A DNA stretch of 64,000 nt, taken from assembly GCF_902713615.1 (NCBI RefSeq), contig NC_052158.1:49515531-49579530 (forward strand), written 5' to 3'. The translations under genes were made by a program, and so were the position numbers. This document shows positions 23,728 through 37,107 of the stretch, piece by piece (position 1 is the stretch's first letter; each line of letters opens with the position of its first letter). The DNA is from Scyliorhinus canicula (lineage: Eukaryota). The notes under the pieces are model-generated. The model searched no databases, had not been told where the DNA came from, and saw nothing but the letters and a program-made list of their open reading frames with translations.

Positions 23728-23910
23728 TAAAGTCCAACATATTTGTTTCGAATCACGAGTTTTCGGAGTGCAGCTCCTTCATCAGGTGAATGAGGAAGGA
23801 GCCCTGCTCCGAAAGCTAGTGATTTTAAACAAACCCGTTGGACTTTAACATGATGTTGTAAGACTTCTTACTGTGCTCACCCCAGTCCAACGCCGGCATC
23901 TCCACATCAT
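23728..23910. mobile_element. Penelope-like palindromic short element
   Basis: Imperfect inverted repeat aaagtccaac...gttggacttt centred ~23788, with hammerhead-like cores; absent from the other promoter copies. Confidence 0.65.
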
Positions 23911-24663
23911 GGATAGCAGATCAGAAGAGGAAGGCAGTGGTGGGATGAGCAAATGCACAGGAGAGAGAGGGGCCTGACAGGTGGAAGAAAAGATAATGGG
24001 CGAGGAGTTTGAGGCAGTATTTGGGGAGACTCTGTTACTTGAATGAGTGACCATGGGAACTTGTGGAGTTATGCTGTAACTTGGTGTAAACTGTGCTTGG
24101 GGAGTGTTTTTGACTCTGAGATTAACTCCAGCATGACCAACTCTCACAAAATACAATAAGGTTCAGTTTGACTGTTGTTCCTCGGGGTCGTGCAGCAGGG
24201 ATGAGGAGGGAACTCAGTGCCTGACCTGTTCACTACTTTTGGCATTTTTTACATGATTCTACTTTTTAAAGCACACACAGAGATCATTTGGTCCATCTGC
24301 TTTCTTTGTATGCTCATGCTCCTGTCTATTCTGTCTCCAATGTGTCTCTTGTCAATCCAAGATGGTCACTGATACCTGTCTGTGCTGTACTCCCTGGTCT
24401 ACACTCAGATAAGAAAACACCTTTTCTGTTGTCAGTGGGGCTGCTATGACTTGTGGCACTTTTTTCTCTTCAGCTGCATGCAGAGAATCTGCTGCAATGG
24501 TGAATCTTCCGACCGCCATCGCTCTGGTTCCTACCAAGGGTCAGTCTATGCTTTTCAATTTGATTCAGCCACTCTGACTTGTGCTTCCTCACATTCCAAT
24601 TGGCGAACAGATGCTGGGCACCAATCACCACTGCTTGCGGCAGAACTATAACTCCTAGCAGGC

Positions 24664-24894
24664 TGTGGCGAACCACTGTGTGCACCTGTATTAGGGGATG
24701 TAAGGTAGGAACTGCACTGCAGGTTCACCGGTAGCCCCTGCCAGCTAGCTCCGCCCATAAGGAGCCATATAAGTATGTGTGTCCACCTTCTGATCAGCCA
24801 TTTTGGCAGCTGCAGTATGAGGTCACACATCTGACTGTAATAAAGCCACTGTTGTACCAATCTGAGTCTTTTGTGCAATTGATCGTGCATCACA
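24664..24894 (+). mobile_element. Probable solo LTR (~230 bp)
   Basis: TGTGGCG...CATCACA termini, TATA-like sequence and AATAAA; absent from the paralogous region near 41340. Confidence 0.55.
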
Positions 24895-25437
24895 AGCATT
24901 GCGGGCCGGCTCTCCCCGATTCCATAAGACCGGAAGACATAGGAGCAGAGTTAGGCCACTCAGCCCATCGAGTCTCCACCATTCATTCATGGCTGACATT
25001 TTTCTCATTCCCATACATTCTCCCCAATAACCCTGATCCCCGAATTAATCAAGAACCTATCTATCTCTTTCTTAAAGACACAGTGATTTGGCCTCTACAG
25101 CCTTCTGCGGCAAAGAGTTCCACAGATGTAACTGGCCTCCTGACTCCCCAAAGCTTGTCCACCGGAGTGCGACTTGAGAGGAACCAGACCCGAGACCAGA
25201 GCAGTACTGGGAGGCAGCATGAGAGGAACGTTAGCCTTAGTAAGTAGGAACCTGGGTATTTCTACTGTCCAGTCTTTAAAGAAATAATTGGTCTTTAGTT
25301 TAGATTCAGTAGTGTTTTAAGTATAATAAATAAGGTCCTCAGTGTACACTTAATATTCTTTAAAGAAGAGGAAGTAAAGGTAAAATGAGTAAATTAAGGC
25401 TAAATCATGGTAGGGCAGCTTGGCCATGTTGAATGCT

Positions 25438-26670
25438 GTGTGGTGTGTGTCCCTTTCAGAAAGGTTTTTGTCTTATCACGTGGCTTCAGTGATGTCATTA
25501 TGTGAGTGGAGCTGGGCTGTGGCACTGGGAGTTTTTTTTTTGTTTTGCTCTCATATTTGGCTGCTGTGGACTCAGACAGAGAACAGAAGTTTTTTTTGGC
25601 CTGCCCCTCTATCTTCATTTTAAAAGCTGTTGCAGACTGCTTGATAACTCAAAAGAGATAATTGCTTTCTGGAAGGAATTCAAATCTGCTGTTCGAAAAG
25701 GGGAACAGAGTATCAATAACAATAGGTGGATTGGCTATGCTAAATTGCCCGTAGTGTCCAGAAAGGTTTGGAGGGGTTACTGGGATGGGGTGGAAGTGAG
25801 GGCTTAATGTGGGTCGGTGCAGACTCGATGGGCCAAATGGCCTCCTTCTGCACTCTATGTTCTATGTAAACTATAGCTTTGACAAAGGGTCATCTGAACT
25901 TGAAATGTTAGCTCTTTTCTCTCCCTACAGATGCCAGACCTGCTGAGATTTTCCAGCGTTTTCTCTTTGGTATCGATAACAAGTCTTATACAAGTGAGAA
26001 TGCCGTGTTGGGCCACGCCTTTCAAAATGGGTTTCTGGGTTTACATGGTAGCATGGTGGTTAGCATAAATGCTTCACAGCTCCAGGGTCCCAGGTTCGAT
26101 TCTCGGCTGGGTCACTGTCTGTGCGGAGTCTGCACGTCCTCCCCGTGTGTGCGTGGGTTTCCTCCGGGTGCTCCGGTTTCCTCCCACAGTCCAAAGATGT
26201 GCGGGTTAGGTGGATTGGCCATGCTAAATTGCCCGGTGTCCTAAAAAGTAAGGTTAAGGGGGGGTTGTTGGGTTGTGGGTATAGGGTGGATACGTGGGTT
26301 TGAGTAGGGTGATTATGGCTCGGCACAACATCGAGGGCCGAAGGGCCTGTTCTGTGCTGTACTGTTCTATGTTCTATACTTGGATTTTGTTACTGAATTT
26401 GAACAGTTAAAGGGGAATTCACTAATGGTTAGACATAGATTACAGCAGCTGTGTGGGGTCTTTATGTTTGTAATTGATAAAAGTTCTTGCTGTGTGTGTT
26501 TATACAAATCCTTAGAATAAAGCTTGTTTTTTTGATTAAAAGCACTGAAGAAGAATGTTGAATAACACCTGAAAGAAAGCCTCTTGTGCTCATGTTAGGC
26601 AAATTAAGCAATTATTAGTCGGGTGAACTCCATAATATACTTTGGAGTTTTTAAACACTGGCCCATGATG
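25438..26670. mobile_element. Probable solo LTR with SINE insertions, splitting a CR1 ORF1 N-terminus
   Basis: Flanks join to MVGQLGHVEC...MWEV...C.KC, as in the ORF1 at 62989. Confidence 0.45.
26045..26377 (+). mobile_element. Young HE1-type V-SINE
   Basis: tRNA-like head, V-domain, HER1-like TGTTCTATGTTCTA tail. Confidence 0.9.
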
Positions 26671-28890
26671 TGGGAAGTCAGGGACATTCCAGTGTCCAGA
26701 ATGACAGTGTGCAGCAAGTGTCTCTGTGTGCAGTTACTCAAAATCCATGTTTAGAATCTGAAGCTTCAACTGGAGTCACTGTGGAGCATCTGCAAGAATG
26801 ATCTCTTCATGGAAAACATGTAGTGAGCTGGTCACACCTGAAAGAGGTGCAGCTCCCGTTTGCCCTTGCTGTCAGTTCTTGACTTCTTTAGAATTTTACA
26901 AAAGACAAACGTACTGACAGGGTATTAGGCTCAACCAGAAATATGTTTATTAACAAAAAAAACACAGAATGTTAATAAAATCCTCCACTGAAAAAAAATA
27001 TTTCTGCCCAAACCTTAACCAGTTCAACTCAAACCCCCTCAGGATTTGTTTGCTACTTTAAACTATCCTTAAACCTCAGCCCCACTATCCCTTGAATTTG
27101 GCTGATAAGTCCCTACATGGTTGGTTCTTCTGTGCATGCTGTAGAACTGTGAATCAGACTGACTCTTCTGGACTCTCCTTGGTGACTGCAGTGTTACACC
27201 CTACTGTCTTGGCATTATTACAAAACATTATCAAAAACTCGGTGCTCAGTACTTTTGTAGTCATTTAGTGTGGTTACTGCCTTGGTCCAAACAAACCAAT
27301 TCATCATGATGTTGCTTCGACTGAAACAATGGAGCCCATCCAGGTGTGGTGTCTCTGGCTCCCATACTCTATATGTGATAAAGTCCATTTCTCCTTGGGT
27401 GTAGTTTGTTTAATGTCAGTTATCTGATCAGCTCTGATGGTCTCCCAGTTTCTTCATTTGGATTATCTGATGATCACTGTTTTGTGTGTTTGAGATGTCT
27501 TTACACAGAATTGACTTGATCTCGGTGTTGACATGCTTTGTAGATGAACCCGACAGTACAGCCTGCCTCTGTGTGTTGAGGTTCGGCCTGATTGTTTGCC
27601 GTGTTTATGTCCATGAAGCTTTTGGGTTTTTAGTTCAAAAAAAGTGCAGCTGGAGGGGATTCCAATCCGACAAATCCCCCCCCCCCCCCCGTTTCCAATT
27701 TATTCCACATTAATAGTCCGAAAGAAAATGATCAAACCTGTACCAAAAAACTTTGTACTTTTTAATCTGTTCCAATTTTGTCTATCCCTACACATACATT
27801 GCACATATAATCTTTGAAATGTTCAGGTCTTCACTTCCAAATGATATCTCTGAGCAGATAGAAGTGGCATGAGAAAGATGCTTTGAAGTGAATTGTGGTC
27901 AGACTCGACCATCACTTTCTCTCTCCCAAACAGGTACTGTTGAAATGCTCACAAGCAAAGACAATATGTAGTCACTCTTTCTCTTTAAACAATAAGTACA
28001 TTTAAAGTATCCAATTATTTAAATTTAGAGTATCCAATTATTCTTTTTCCAATTAAGGAGCAATTTAGCATGGCTTATCCACCTAGCTTGCACATCTTTG
28101 GGTTGTGGGGACGAGACCCATGCAGACATGGGGAGAATGTGCAAACTCCACATGGACAGTGACCCAGGGCTGGGATTGAACCTGGGACCTCAGCCCGTGA
28201 GGCAGCAATGCTAACCACTGCGCCACCCTCACTCTTTCTTAATCTGTACATAGAATCGTTCAGTTTGTGTTAATGTTCTGATACAAACACAACTGGTTGT
28301 CCTTGCTGCATGAGGGTTGCTCCAAGACCTGTTTGACTGGCATCTCAGCTGACTCCATCATTGACACCATAGTACCTCAGCACTGGTGTTCTCGTCATTG
28401 GTGTCTGATGTGAGTGAAAGCTGCTTTTGGTTCTGTGACCCAACACATCCTTTGCAATGAGCTTGTGTAGAGATTCACACTGATGACAGAATGACTAAAA
28501 CTTGGGTTAGTTAGTTCCCATGTGGGTTCACTGATATTTCTAAAGGTCCAACAACTATGTGACGGTTTTATTACAGAATTCACACCGATACGGTTTCTCC
28601 CCTGTGTGAGTGTTGATGGACTAGGAGATACACTGACTGTGTGAATGTCTTATCACACACCTCACATCTGAATGGTTTCTCACCAGTGACAATCTGCTGG
28701 TGCTTCAGAAAGTCAGAGGATATGGTGAAAGCTCTCACATGAACATCGCATTGGAAGAATATTTGCACAATGTGATACCTTTGCTGTTCCAGGAGAGTTG
28801 AAAACATAATTGAAGCATTATCGCAAACCTCACAAATAAATGGTTACTACCCTGTGTGGATCTTCTTATGGAGCAGGAGGGTCAATGACT

Positions 28891-30702
28891 TTAAAAACGC
28901 TTTTTTGCCCACCTCACACATGGATGTTTTCTCCCCCTGTGAAAGCTTTGGTGTACATGGAGACTTGATGATGTAGAGAATGATTCATCACACACCTCAC
29001 ACTTGAATGGTTTCTCCCTCGTGTGAATGTCTTGGTGTCTGTGGAGGGTGGATGAAGTTGTGAATGATTTGTCGCACACCCCACACTTGAATGGTTTGTC
29101 CCCCGTGTGAATGCGTTGGTGTAAGAGGAGTTCCGATGATGACGAGAATGATTTGTCACACGCCTCACACTTGAATGGCTTTTCCCCTGTATGAATGCAC
29201 TGGTGCCTATAGAGAGTCGATGACTGAGAGAATGATTTGTCACACACCTCGCACTTGAACGGTTTATCCCCTGTGTGAATGCGTTTGTGTATACGGAGGT
29301 TCGATGACTGTGAGAATGATTTGTCACATACGTCGCATGTGAATGGTTTCTCCCCTGTGTGAATGCGTTGGTGTGTGCGGAGGTGCAGTGACCTCATAAA
29401 AGATTTGTCGCAGATCACACATGTGAATGGTTTCTCCCCTGTGTGAATGCGTTTGTGTATGCGAAGGTTCCCGGATAGTGAGAATGATTTGTGACACATC
29501 TCACATGTAAATGGTTTCTCTCCTGTGTGAGTGCGTTGGTGCACAACCAGGCTCGATTGCAGCATAAATGATTTGTCACACACATCGCAAATGAATGGTT
29601 TCTCCCCTGTGTGAATGCGTTGATGTACGAGGAGGCCCGATGCCAGCATATATGATTTGCCACACAAGTCACACGTGAATGGTTTTTCTCCTGTGTGAAT
29701 ACGTTGGTGTGTGCGGAGGTTCGATAACTGTGAGAATGATTTGTCACACATTTTGCATACAAATGGTTTTTCCCCGGTATGAATGCGTTCGTGTTTGTGG
29801 AGCGTTGATGACTCAGAGAATGATTTGTAACATGTTCGACACGTGAATGGTTTCTCCCCTGTGTGAATACGTTGATGTTTACAGAGAGTCGATAAATCAG
29901 AGAATGATTTGTCACACGTTTTGCACGTGAATGGTTTCTCCCCTGTGTGAATGCGCTCATGTACATGGAGACTCGATGACAATAAAAAGGATTTGTCACA
30001 CATTTTGCATGTGAATGGTTTTACTCCTGTGTGAATGCGTTGGTGTTTGCGGAGGTTCGATGAAGTTGTAAATGATTTGTCACATACCTCGCACGCAAAC
30101 GCTTTTTCCCCTGTGTGAACGGGCTGGTGTTTGTGCAGACTTGATAAATGGGAGAATGATTTGTCACACACTTTACATGTGAATGGTTTCTCCCCTGTGT
30201 GAATATTTTGGTGCGCACGGAGAGTTGATGCCAACAAGAAAGATTTTCCACACACTTGACACATGAATGGTTTTTCCCCTGTGTGAGTGCGTCGGTGTGT
30301 CCGAAGATTTGATGAATTTGTGAATGATTTGTTGCACACTTCACACGTGAAAGGTTTTTCCCCTGTGTGAGTGCGTTGGTGTGTGCGGAGGTTCGATGAC
30401 TGTGAGAATGATTTGTTACACACCTCACATGTGAATGGTTTCTTCCCTGTATGAATGCGTTGGTGTTTGCGGAGGTTCGAGGGATCGGTGAATGATTTGT
30501 CGCACAGCTCACATGCAAATGGTTTTTCCCCTGTGTGAACGGGCCGATGATTTTCCAGGCCCGATAATTGTGCAAAGCCCTTGTTGCACACCTCACATTT
30601 AAACATCTTCTCCCCAGTGTGGCTGCGTCTGTGAATCATTAGTTTCCTTTGGTGTGTGAAGGTTCGGTCACAGACCTCACACTTGAATTGTTTCTCTTCC
30701 AT
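28891..30702 (-). CDS. Tandem C2H2 zinc-finger protein, 21 fingers, 603 aa, no recognisable effector domain
   Basis: Uninterrupted ORF of 21 x 28-aa CX2CX12HX3H units with TGEKPF-type linkers; upstream acceptor ttttacAG at 31103-4; AATAAA (minus) at 28567-72. Confidence 0.92.
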   Translation of the reverse strand: MEEKQFKCEVCDRTFTHQRKLMIHRRSHTGEKMFKCEVCNKGFAQLSGLENHRPVHTGEKPFACELCDKSFTDPSNLRKHQRIHTGKKPFTCEVCNKSFSQSSNLRTHQRTHTGEKPFTCEVCNKSFTNSSNLRTHRRTHTGEKPFMCQVCGKSFLLASTLRAHQNIHTGEKPFTCKVCDKSFSHLSSLHKHQPVHTGEKAFACEVCDKSFTTSSNLRKHQRIHTGVKPFTCKMCDKSFLLSSSLHVHERIHTGEKPFTCKTCDKSFSDLSTLCKHQRIHTGEKPFTCRTCYKSFSESSTLHKHERIHTGEKPFVCKMCDKSFSQLSNLRTHQRIHTGEKPFTCDLCGKSYMLASGLLVHQRIHTGEKPFICDVCDKSFMLQSSLVVHQRTHTGEKPFTCEMCHKSFSLSGNLRIHKRIHTGEKPFTCVICDKSFMRSLHLRTHQRIHTGEKPFTCDVCDKSFSQSSNLRIHKRIHTGDKPFKCEVCDKSFSQSSTLYRHQCIHTGEKPFKCEACDKSFSSSSELLLHQRIHTGDKPFKCGVCDKSFTTSSTLHRHQDIHTREKPFKCEVCDESFSTSSSLHVHQSFHRGRKHPCVRWAKKRF

Positions 30703-31268
30703 GAAACTAGTGTTAATGGTTGTACAACAAATGACCTTGTATATTAGGAGATCCTATGAGTTTGTGGAGCCCTTCGCACACACCTCACACTTCAATCGTC
30801 ATCTGTAGCAATGAGGCTCGATGAATGATTGAAGCTCTCACCACACTTGGAATCCACTCACATCTTCCAGCCTCACCCCGACCGATCGTCCACAGCCGAA
30901 CCTTCGGAAAGGTCGGTTCTGATTAAAGATTTCACACCATTGACCAGTTTCAGATCTGATAATATGTCAAAGCTCTCCTGACCCGACCAATTTCAATGTC
31001 CAACCTTCTCTGTGTTCAGCAATGCTGTGAAGGGACTGGACCTTTGGTGATGGTCAGGATCTCTCTGCGGTGTCTATCCTCACTGTATTCTCTGGTGTAA
31101 TCCTGTAAAACAGGAAAAGGAAACATGATTTCCAGTTTGTTTGTCATACTTTGACAGGATGTGGGACTCGCTAGTTCGGCCAACATTTATTACTTTACGG
31201 AGATGGTGGTGAGCTACTTTCTTGAACTAATGAACTCCATGGGGTACAGGTACACCTACAGTGCTGTT

Positions 31269-31602
31269 CATAGAACATAGAACAGTACAGCACAGAACAG
31301 GCCCTTCGGCCCTCAATGTTGTGCCGAGCCATGATCACCCTACTCAAACCCACGCATCCACCCTATACCCTTAACCCAACAACCCCCCCTTAACCTTACT
31401 TTTTAGGACACTACGGGTAATTTAGCATGGCCAATCCACCTAACCCGCACATCTTTGGACTGTGGGAGGAAACCGGAGCACCCGGAGGAAACCCACGCAC
31501 ACAGGGGGAGGACGTGCAGACTCCACACAGACAGTGACCCAGCCGGGAATCGAACCTGGGACCCTGGAGCTGTGAAGCATTGATGCTAACCACCATGCTA
31601 CC
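31269..31602 (-). mobile_element. Young HE1-type V-SINE
   Basis: Full body; TGCTGTTC on both flanks. Confidence 0.9.
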
Positions 31603-32094
31603 CTGCTGTTCGGGAGGTGTTCCAGGATTTCGACCCAATGACAGTGAAAACATATCAATATAGGCAGCACGGTGGCGCAGTGCTGCCTCACAGTGCCGAG
31701 ATCCCATGTTCGATCCTGACTCTGGGTCACTGTCCATGTGGAGTTTGCACATTCCCCTGTGTTTGCGTGGGTTTCGCCAGAGTAGGTGGATTGGCTACGC
31801 CAAATTGCTCCTTAATTGAAAAAATGAATTGGGTACTCTAAATTTAAAAGAAAAGAAACATCAATATAGTTCCAAGTCAGGATAGTGTGAGGTTTGGAAG
31901 GGAATTTGCAGGTGACTCTGTTGCTATGCATACAATGCTCTTTTCTTTCTAGATGGTAGAGGTCGTGGGTTTGAAAGGTGTTGTTCAAGAAACCTTGATG
32001 AGTTGCTGCAGTGCATCTTGTAGGGAATGAATGTTGAAGGTGGATCGGTGCCAATCAAGGAGGCGGCTTTGTCCTGAATGGTGTGTGTACATTT

Positions 32095-34370
32095 ATAATA
32101 TTCTCGTGATTCCTTACCAACAGCCTTGTAGCCAAACAGGGACAATTTTGGAGAGTGCTTGTGTGACAACATCCCTTGAATAAAGCTCTTAGTTTTATTG
32201 AACCTCCACGGCCTCCTAAAGTTAATCCAGTGAACACAATTTGGCGATGAGGAAGCTGGAGAACACTGACAGCCACTCGAGGGAAACAAAAAATAAAATA
32301 AAATAGTTGCCGCACAAAAACTGGTGACAGGGAGTCGAGCAACGGTTACACCCACCCTGAGGGGAAAAAAGAACAAAAATTTGAAGAAAATAACTTTGAA
32401 GAGGAGCTGGCCATGTGCTCCACCCAAAATGAACCCTGTAGCCGTGAGTAGCAATTACCTTGCAACAACAAATTTAGAGCTGGGCGTGTTGTAAAACAAA
32501 GAAAACAGGCTGAGCTCGGGTTGTGCCTTTTTCTGGGTGAAAGGAAGCAAGGTAGTGCTGGAAATTCATGGCACATTGTGCTCACGCAGGTCTTTTCATT
32601 GAGAAAAATGGTGGCGGATTTTGAAACCATGGGACCATTTGCTGAGAATACAGAGCGATGGCGCTCATATACAGAGCAATTCGACTATGTTGTTCAAGCT
32701 AACAAGATAGCAATAGATGTAAAAGTCCCAACATCCTTGAACATAATGGGGGGACTTTAGCCTCCTTTGGAGTCTGGTATAGCCGGAAAAGCCAGGCACA
32801 AAAGCATGTGACAAAATAGTGGCAATCTACCAGTGCAATTTTTCACCGAACCTTCTGGTCATCGCAGAAAGGTTGAGGTTTCATGAGCGCAACCAAGAAG
32901 AAGTGGAATCAATTACATTGTTTGTAGTGGCACTGAAAAGATTGACTGAAAACTATGAATTTGTGGATGTATTCAATGATACCAGAGATAGGGCAGCACG
33001 GTGGCTTAGTGGTTAGCATAGCTGCCTCACGGCGCTGAGGTCCCAGGTTCGATCCCGGCTCTGGGTCACTGTTCGTGTGGAGTTTGCACATTCTCCCCGT
33101 GTCTGCGTGGGTTTCACCCCCACAACCCAAAAATGTGCAGAGTAGATAGATTGGCCACACTAAATTGCCCCTTAATTGGAAAAAATAATTGGGTAATCTA
33201 AATTTATTTTTAAAAAAATGATATCAGAGATAGATTAGTCTGTGGTTTAAGGAGCGAGAGACAATTCAAAAGTGGCTATTAACCGAAGGCAACCCGATTT
33301 TAAAGAAGTTGTTGTATCAATGGAATTAGCAGCCAAAGAAGCTCAACAGTTGAATTTAAACACAAGAATTCACAAGGTGTCAGCCGAAACCAGAATGCAA
33401 ACAGACTTGCACTTGGCATACGCGTGCTGAAACCGGACACGCAGGAGCAGATTGATCGTGCAATGACAAAGTGTGCAAAAATTGTGGAAGAATGGGCCAC
33501 ATTGAATGTGCATTTTGTAAAAAGAAATAAGCTTCAGGAAAAACTTGCAAAAAGCAAGAGCTGAATAAAACAAATGGCGAACAGAATAAAGGAAAGTGTT
33601 GATATAGTGGTACAAATAGGATGTGAGGAGAGACCCGATTCAGTCTGAAGATGGAGTTGTCATTAAATGTACTAGCTATTGCTGGCGCAATATCGGTACT
33701 GGGTCACTCCAGCTACTCGAGGGACAGCTGGTAAAGATGGAAGGGGAAATAAGAGCAGCCATCTCGCTGGTGCCAGAGACGGTTTATAAATAAAAGTTCC
33801 AACATACCTCTTTGAAACCCTCTTTAAGATAGTGTTAAAAATTTACACTGGATGAGTGGTCCATTGAGAGGCCTGGAATGATATCTAGTACATCATCTTT
33901 GTATGTATGAATGATTGTGTGTGTGTAGAATAGCGTGTAATTACAGCATCCAGCCACTAGATGGTGTAAGAGCTCATCTCACATGCCACATGTTCTGTGT
34001 TCGTGGAGAGAATTAGTAGAGAGGTTCGAGACAGTCGTGTTTTTCAGTAGTTCTGTGTATTGTAGTTATTTGATCTAACACTTCACTTTTTTGGCATACT
34101 TAAGAATTCACAATTTCTAGCGTTGTGTAAATAAATTGACGTTGATTTAGTACAAAGTCTGCATGTTCTTTGTAGCAAATTAGAACATTAATAATATTAA
34201 TTTAAAAAAACAAAAGAATATCACAGGGCCATATTGATGTAACAGTACAATTGAATGGACAGACGACAGATTTGTCTTTGCACACAGTCAAAGAAAATTA
34301 TCCAGCACTAATGGGCAGAACTTGGTTGGAAAAGATTAGGTTAAAATGGATCGAAGAAAACCTCCTGATA
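32095..34370 (+). mobile_element. Gypsy-type LTR retrotransposon remnant (LTR, PBS, gag, protease) with nested SINE and solo LTR (~33900-34224)
   Basis: TGGCGATGAGG PBS-like at 32241 (tRNA-Ser GCU-like); gag-like W.SY.EQF....AN, VIAERLRFHERNQ; protease-like GAAISLVPE, PALMGRTWL. Confidence 0.7.
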
Positions 34371-34699
34371 ATGATAATAATCTTTATTGTCACAAGTAGG
34401 CTTACATTAGTTACTGTGAAAAGCCCCTAGTCACCACATTCCGGCGCCTGTTCGGGGACACAGAGGGAGAATTCAGAATGTCAAATTCACCTAACAGCAC
34501 ACCTTTCGGGACTTGGGGGAGGAAACCGGAGCACCCGGTCGAAACGCATGCAGACTCCACACAGACAGTGACCCAAGCCGGAATCGAACCTGGAACCCTG
34601 AAGCTATGAAGCAACAGTGCTACACACTGTGCTACCGTGCTGACAGATTCTGAATCAAGCCGTACCAAAATCCTGAAGAAACAGACTATTGCTGAACTG

Positions 34700-36975
34700 G
34701 GAAGAATGTCTGGCACAAAAGTAATACAGGAAAGGTAGCCGATGCATGGCTGACAAGGAAAATTAGGGATAGTATTTGATCCAAGGAAGGAGCATCCAAA
34801 GTGGCTAAAGAAAAATAACAGGACCGAGGATTGGGAGCTGTTTAGAATTCTGCAAAAAAGGACCAAGGGATTGATTAAGAAGGGGAAATTAAAGTACGAA
34901 AGTAAGCTTGCAGGGAACATAAAAACTGACTGTATAAGTTTCTTTAGGTACGTGAAGAGAAGTAGAAATCAAATGTAGGTCCCTTACAGTCAGAAACAGG
35001 GGACTGTATTATAGGGGACAAAGAAATGGCTGAGCAACTAAATACATACTTTGGTTGTCTTCACAAATAAGGACACAAATAAGATACCAGAAATGTTGGG
35101 GAACGTGGGGTTGAGTAAGAAGGAGGAACTGAATGAGATCAATATCAGTAGAGAAATTGTGTTGAGGGAATTGGTGGGATTGAAGGCTGATAAATCCCCA
35201 GGGTCTGATAATCTACATCCCTGGGAGGTGGCCCTAGAAATAATGGGTGCATTGATAGTCATCTTCCAGGACTGTATAGACTGCGGATCAGTTCCTGAAG
35301 ATTGGAGAACATAGAATATAGAACTGTACAACACAGTACAGGCTCTTCGGCCCACGATGTTGTGCCGAACTAGTCTGAGGTTTTAATGTATTTAAAAAGG
35401 GAGGTATGAAAATGAAATGAAATGAAAATCGCTTATTGTCACGAGTAGGCTTCAATGAAGTTACTGTGAAAAGCCCCTAGTCGCCACATTCCGGCGCCTG
35501 TCCGGGGAGGCTGGTATGGGAATCGAACCGTGCTGCTGGCCTGCTTGGTCTGCTTTAAAAGCCAGCGATTTAGCTGAGTGAGAAAGCAGGGAATTATAGA
35601 CCAGTACGCCTGACGTCAGTAGTGGGGAAAATTCTAGAATCCATTATCAAAGAATTTATAGCAGTGTACTTAGAAAACAGTGGCAGGATCAGACAGAGTC
35701 CGCAGGGATTTATGAAAGGGAAATCATGCTTGGAAAATCTACCGAAATTCTTTGACGATGTAATTAATAGAATTGATGAAGAGGAGCCAGTGGATGTGGT
35801 GTATTTGGACTTTCAGAAGGCTTTTGAAAAAGTCCCGCATAAAAGATCAGTGTTTAAAGTTAAAGCGCCTGGGATTGGGGTAGTGTATTGAGATGGATAG
35901 AAAACTAGTTGGCAGACAGGAAACAAAGAGTAGAAATTAATGGGTCTTTTTCAAATTGGCAGGCAGTGACTACTGGAGTACCGCAGTGAACGGTGCTAGG
36001 AACCCAGCTATTCACAATATATATTGATGATTTAAATGAGGGAACAAAATGTAATATCTCCAAATTTGCAGATTACACCAAGTTGCATGGGGGAGCGAAC
36101 TGTAAGGAGGGCGCAGACATCCTTCAATGTGAATTGGACAAGTTGAGTGAGTTCGCAAATGAATGGCAGATGTAGTTTCTGATACAACGTTATCCACTTT
36201 GGCAACAAAAACAAGAAGGCAGACTATTATCTGAATGGCCATAAATTAAAAGAGGGGAATATGCAATGGGAACTGGGTGTCATCGTACACCAGTCACTGA
36301 AGGTAAGCATGCAGATGCAGCAGATGGTAAAGAAGGCAAATGGTATGCTGAACTTCATTGCGAGAGGATTCAAGTACAGGTGAAGGGATGTCTTGCTGAA
36401 ATTGTACAAGTCCTTGGTGAGGCCACACCTGGAATATTGTATGCAGTTTTGATCTCCTTATTTGTGGAAGGATGTTCTGGCTGCAGAGGGAGTGCAGCAA
36501 AGACTGATTCCTGGGATGGCAGTACTGACATACGAGGAGAGATTGAATCGGTTAGGACTGTATTTGCTGGAGTTCAGAAGAATGAGGGCGGATCTCATAG
36601 AAACCTATAAAATTCTAACATGACTCGACAGGGAGATGCAGGATGTTCGAGATGGTGGGTGTGTCCAGAACCAGAGGTCACGGTCTGTGGGTACGGAGCA
36701 GACCATTTAGGACAGAGATGAGGAGAAATTTCTTCACCCAGAGAGTGGTGAGCCTGTGGAATTTATTACTACAGGAAGGAGTTGAGTCCAAAACATTTAA
36801 TGTTTTCAAGGTGCAGTTAGATATAGCACTTAGGACGAAGAGCATCAAAGGATATGGGGAAAAGCGTGATTAGGCTATTGAGTTGGATGATCAGCCATCA
36901 TCATAATGAATGGCGGAGCGAGTTTGAAAGGCTGAATGGCTTCCTCCTGCTCCTATTTTTTTCTATGTTTCTATG
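34700..36975 (+). mobile_element. CR1/HER1 LINE, decayed
   Basis: KADKSPGSDNLHP, GFMKGKSCL, YLDFQKAFEKVPH, SKFADYTK, FFTQRVV; tail TTCTATGTTTCTATG. Confidence 0.9.
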
Positions 36976-37107
36976 TTTAGCACGGTGTTATTGCCACACA
37001 ATATGATGGAGAATATCCTCTTTTTACATTTATTTTTCAAAAGAGTACCCAATTCTTTTTTTCCAATTAAGGGGCAATTTGGCATGGCCAATTCACCTAC
37101 CTTGCAC

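Noticed and set aside
28914-30596. Long alternative-frame ORFs (VTNHS/TNAFTQGRN repeats) over the ZNF gene
   Set aside because: Typical shadow frames of C2H2 finger arrays
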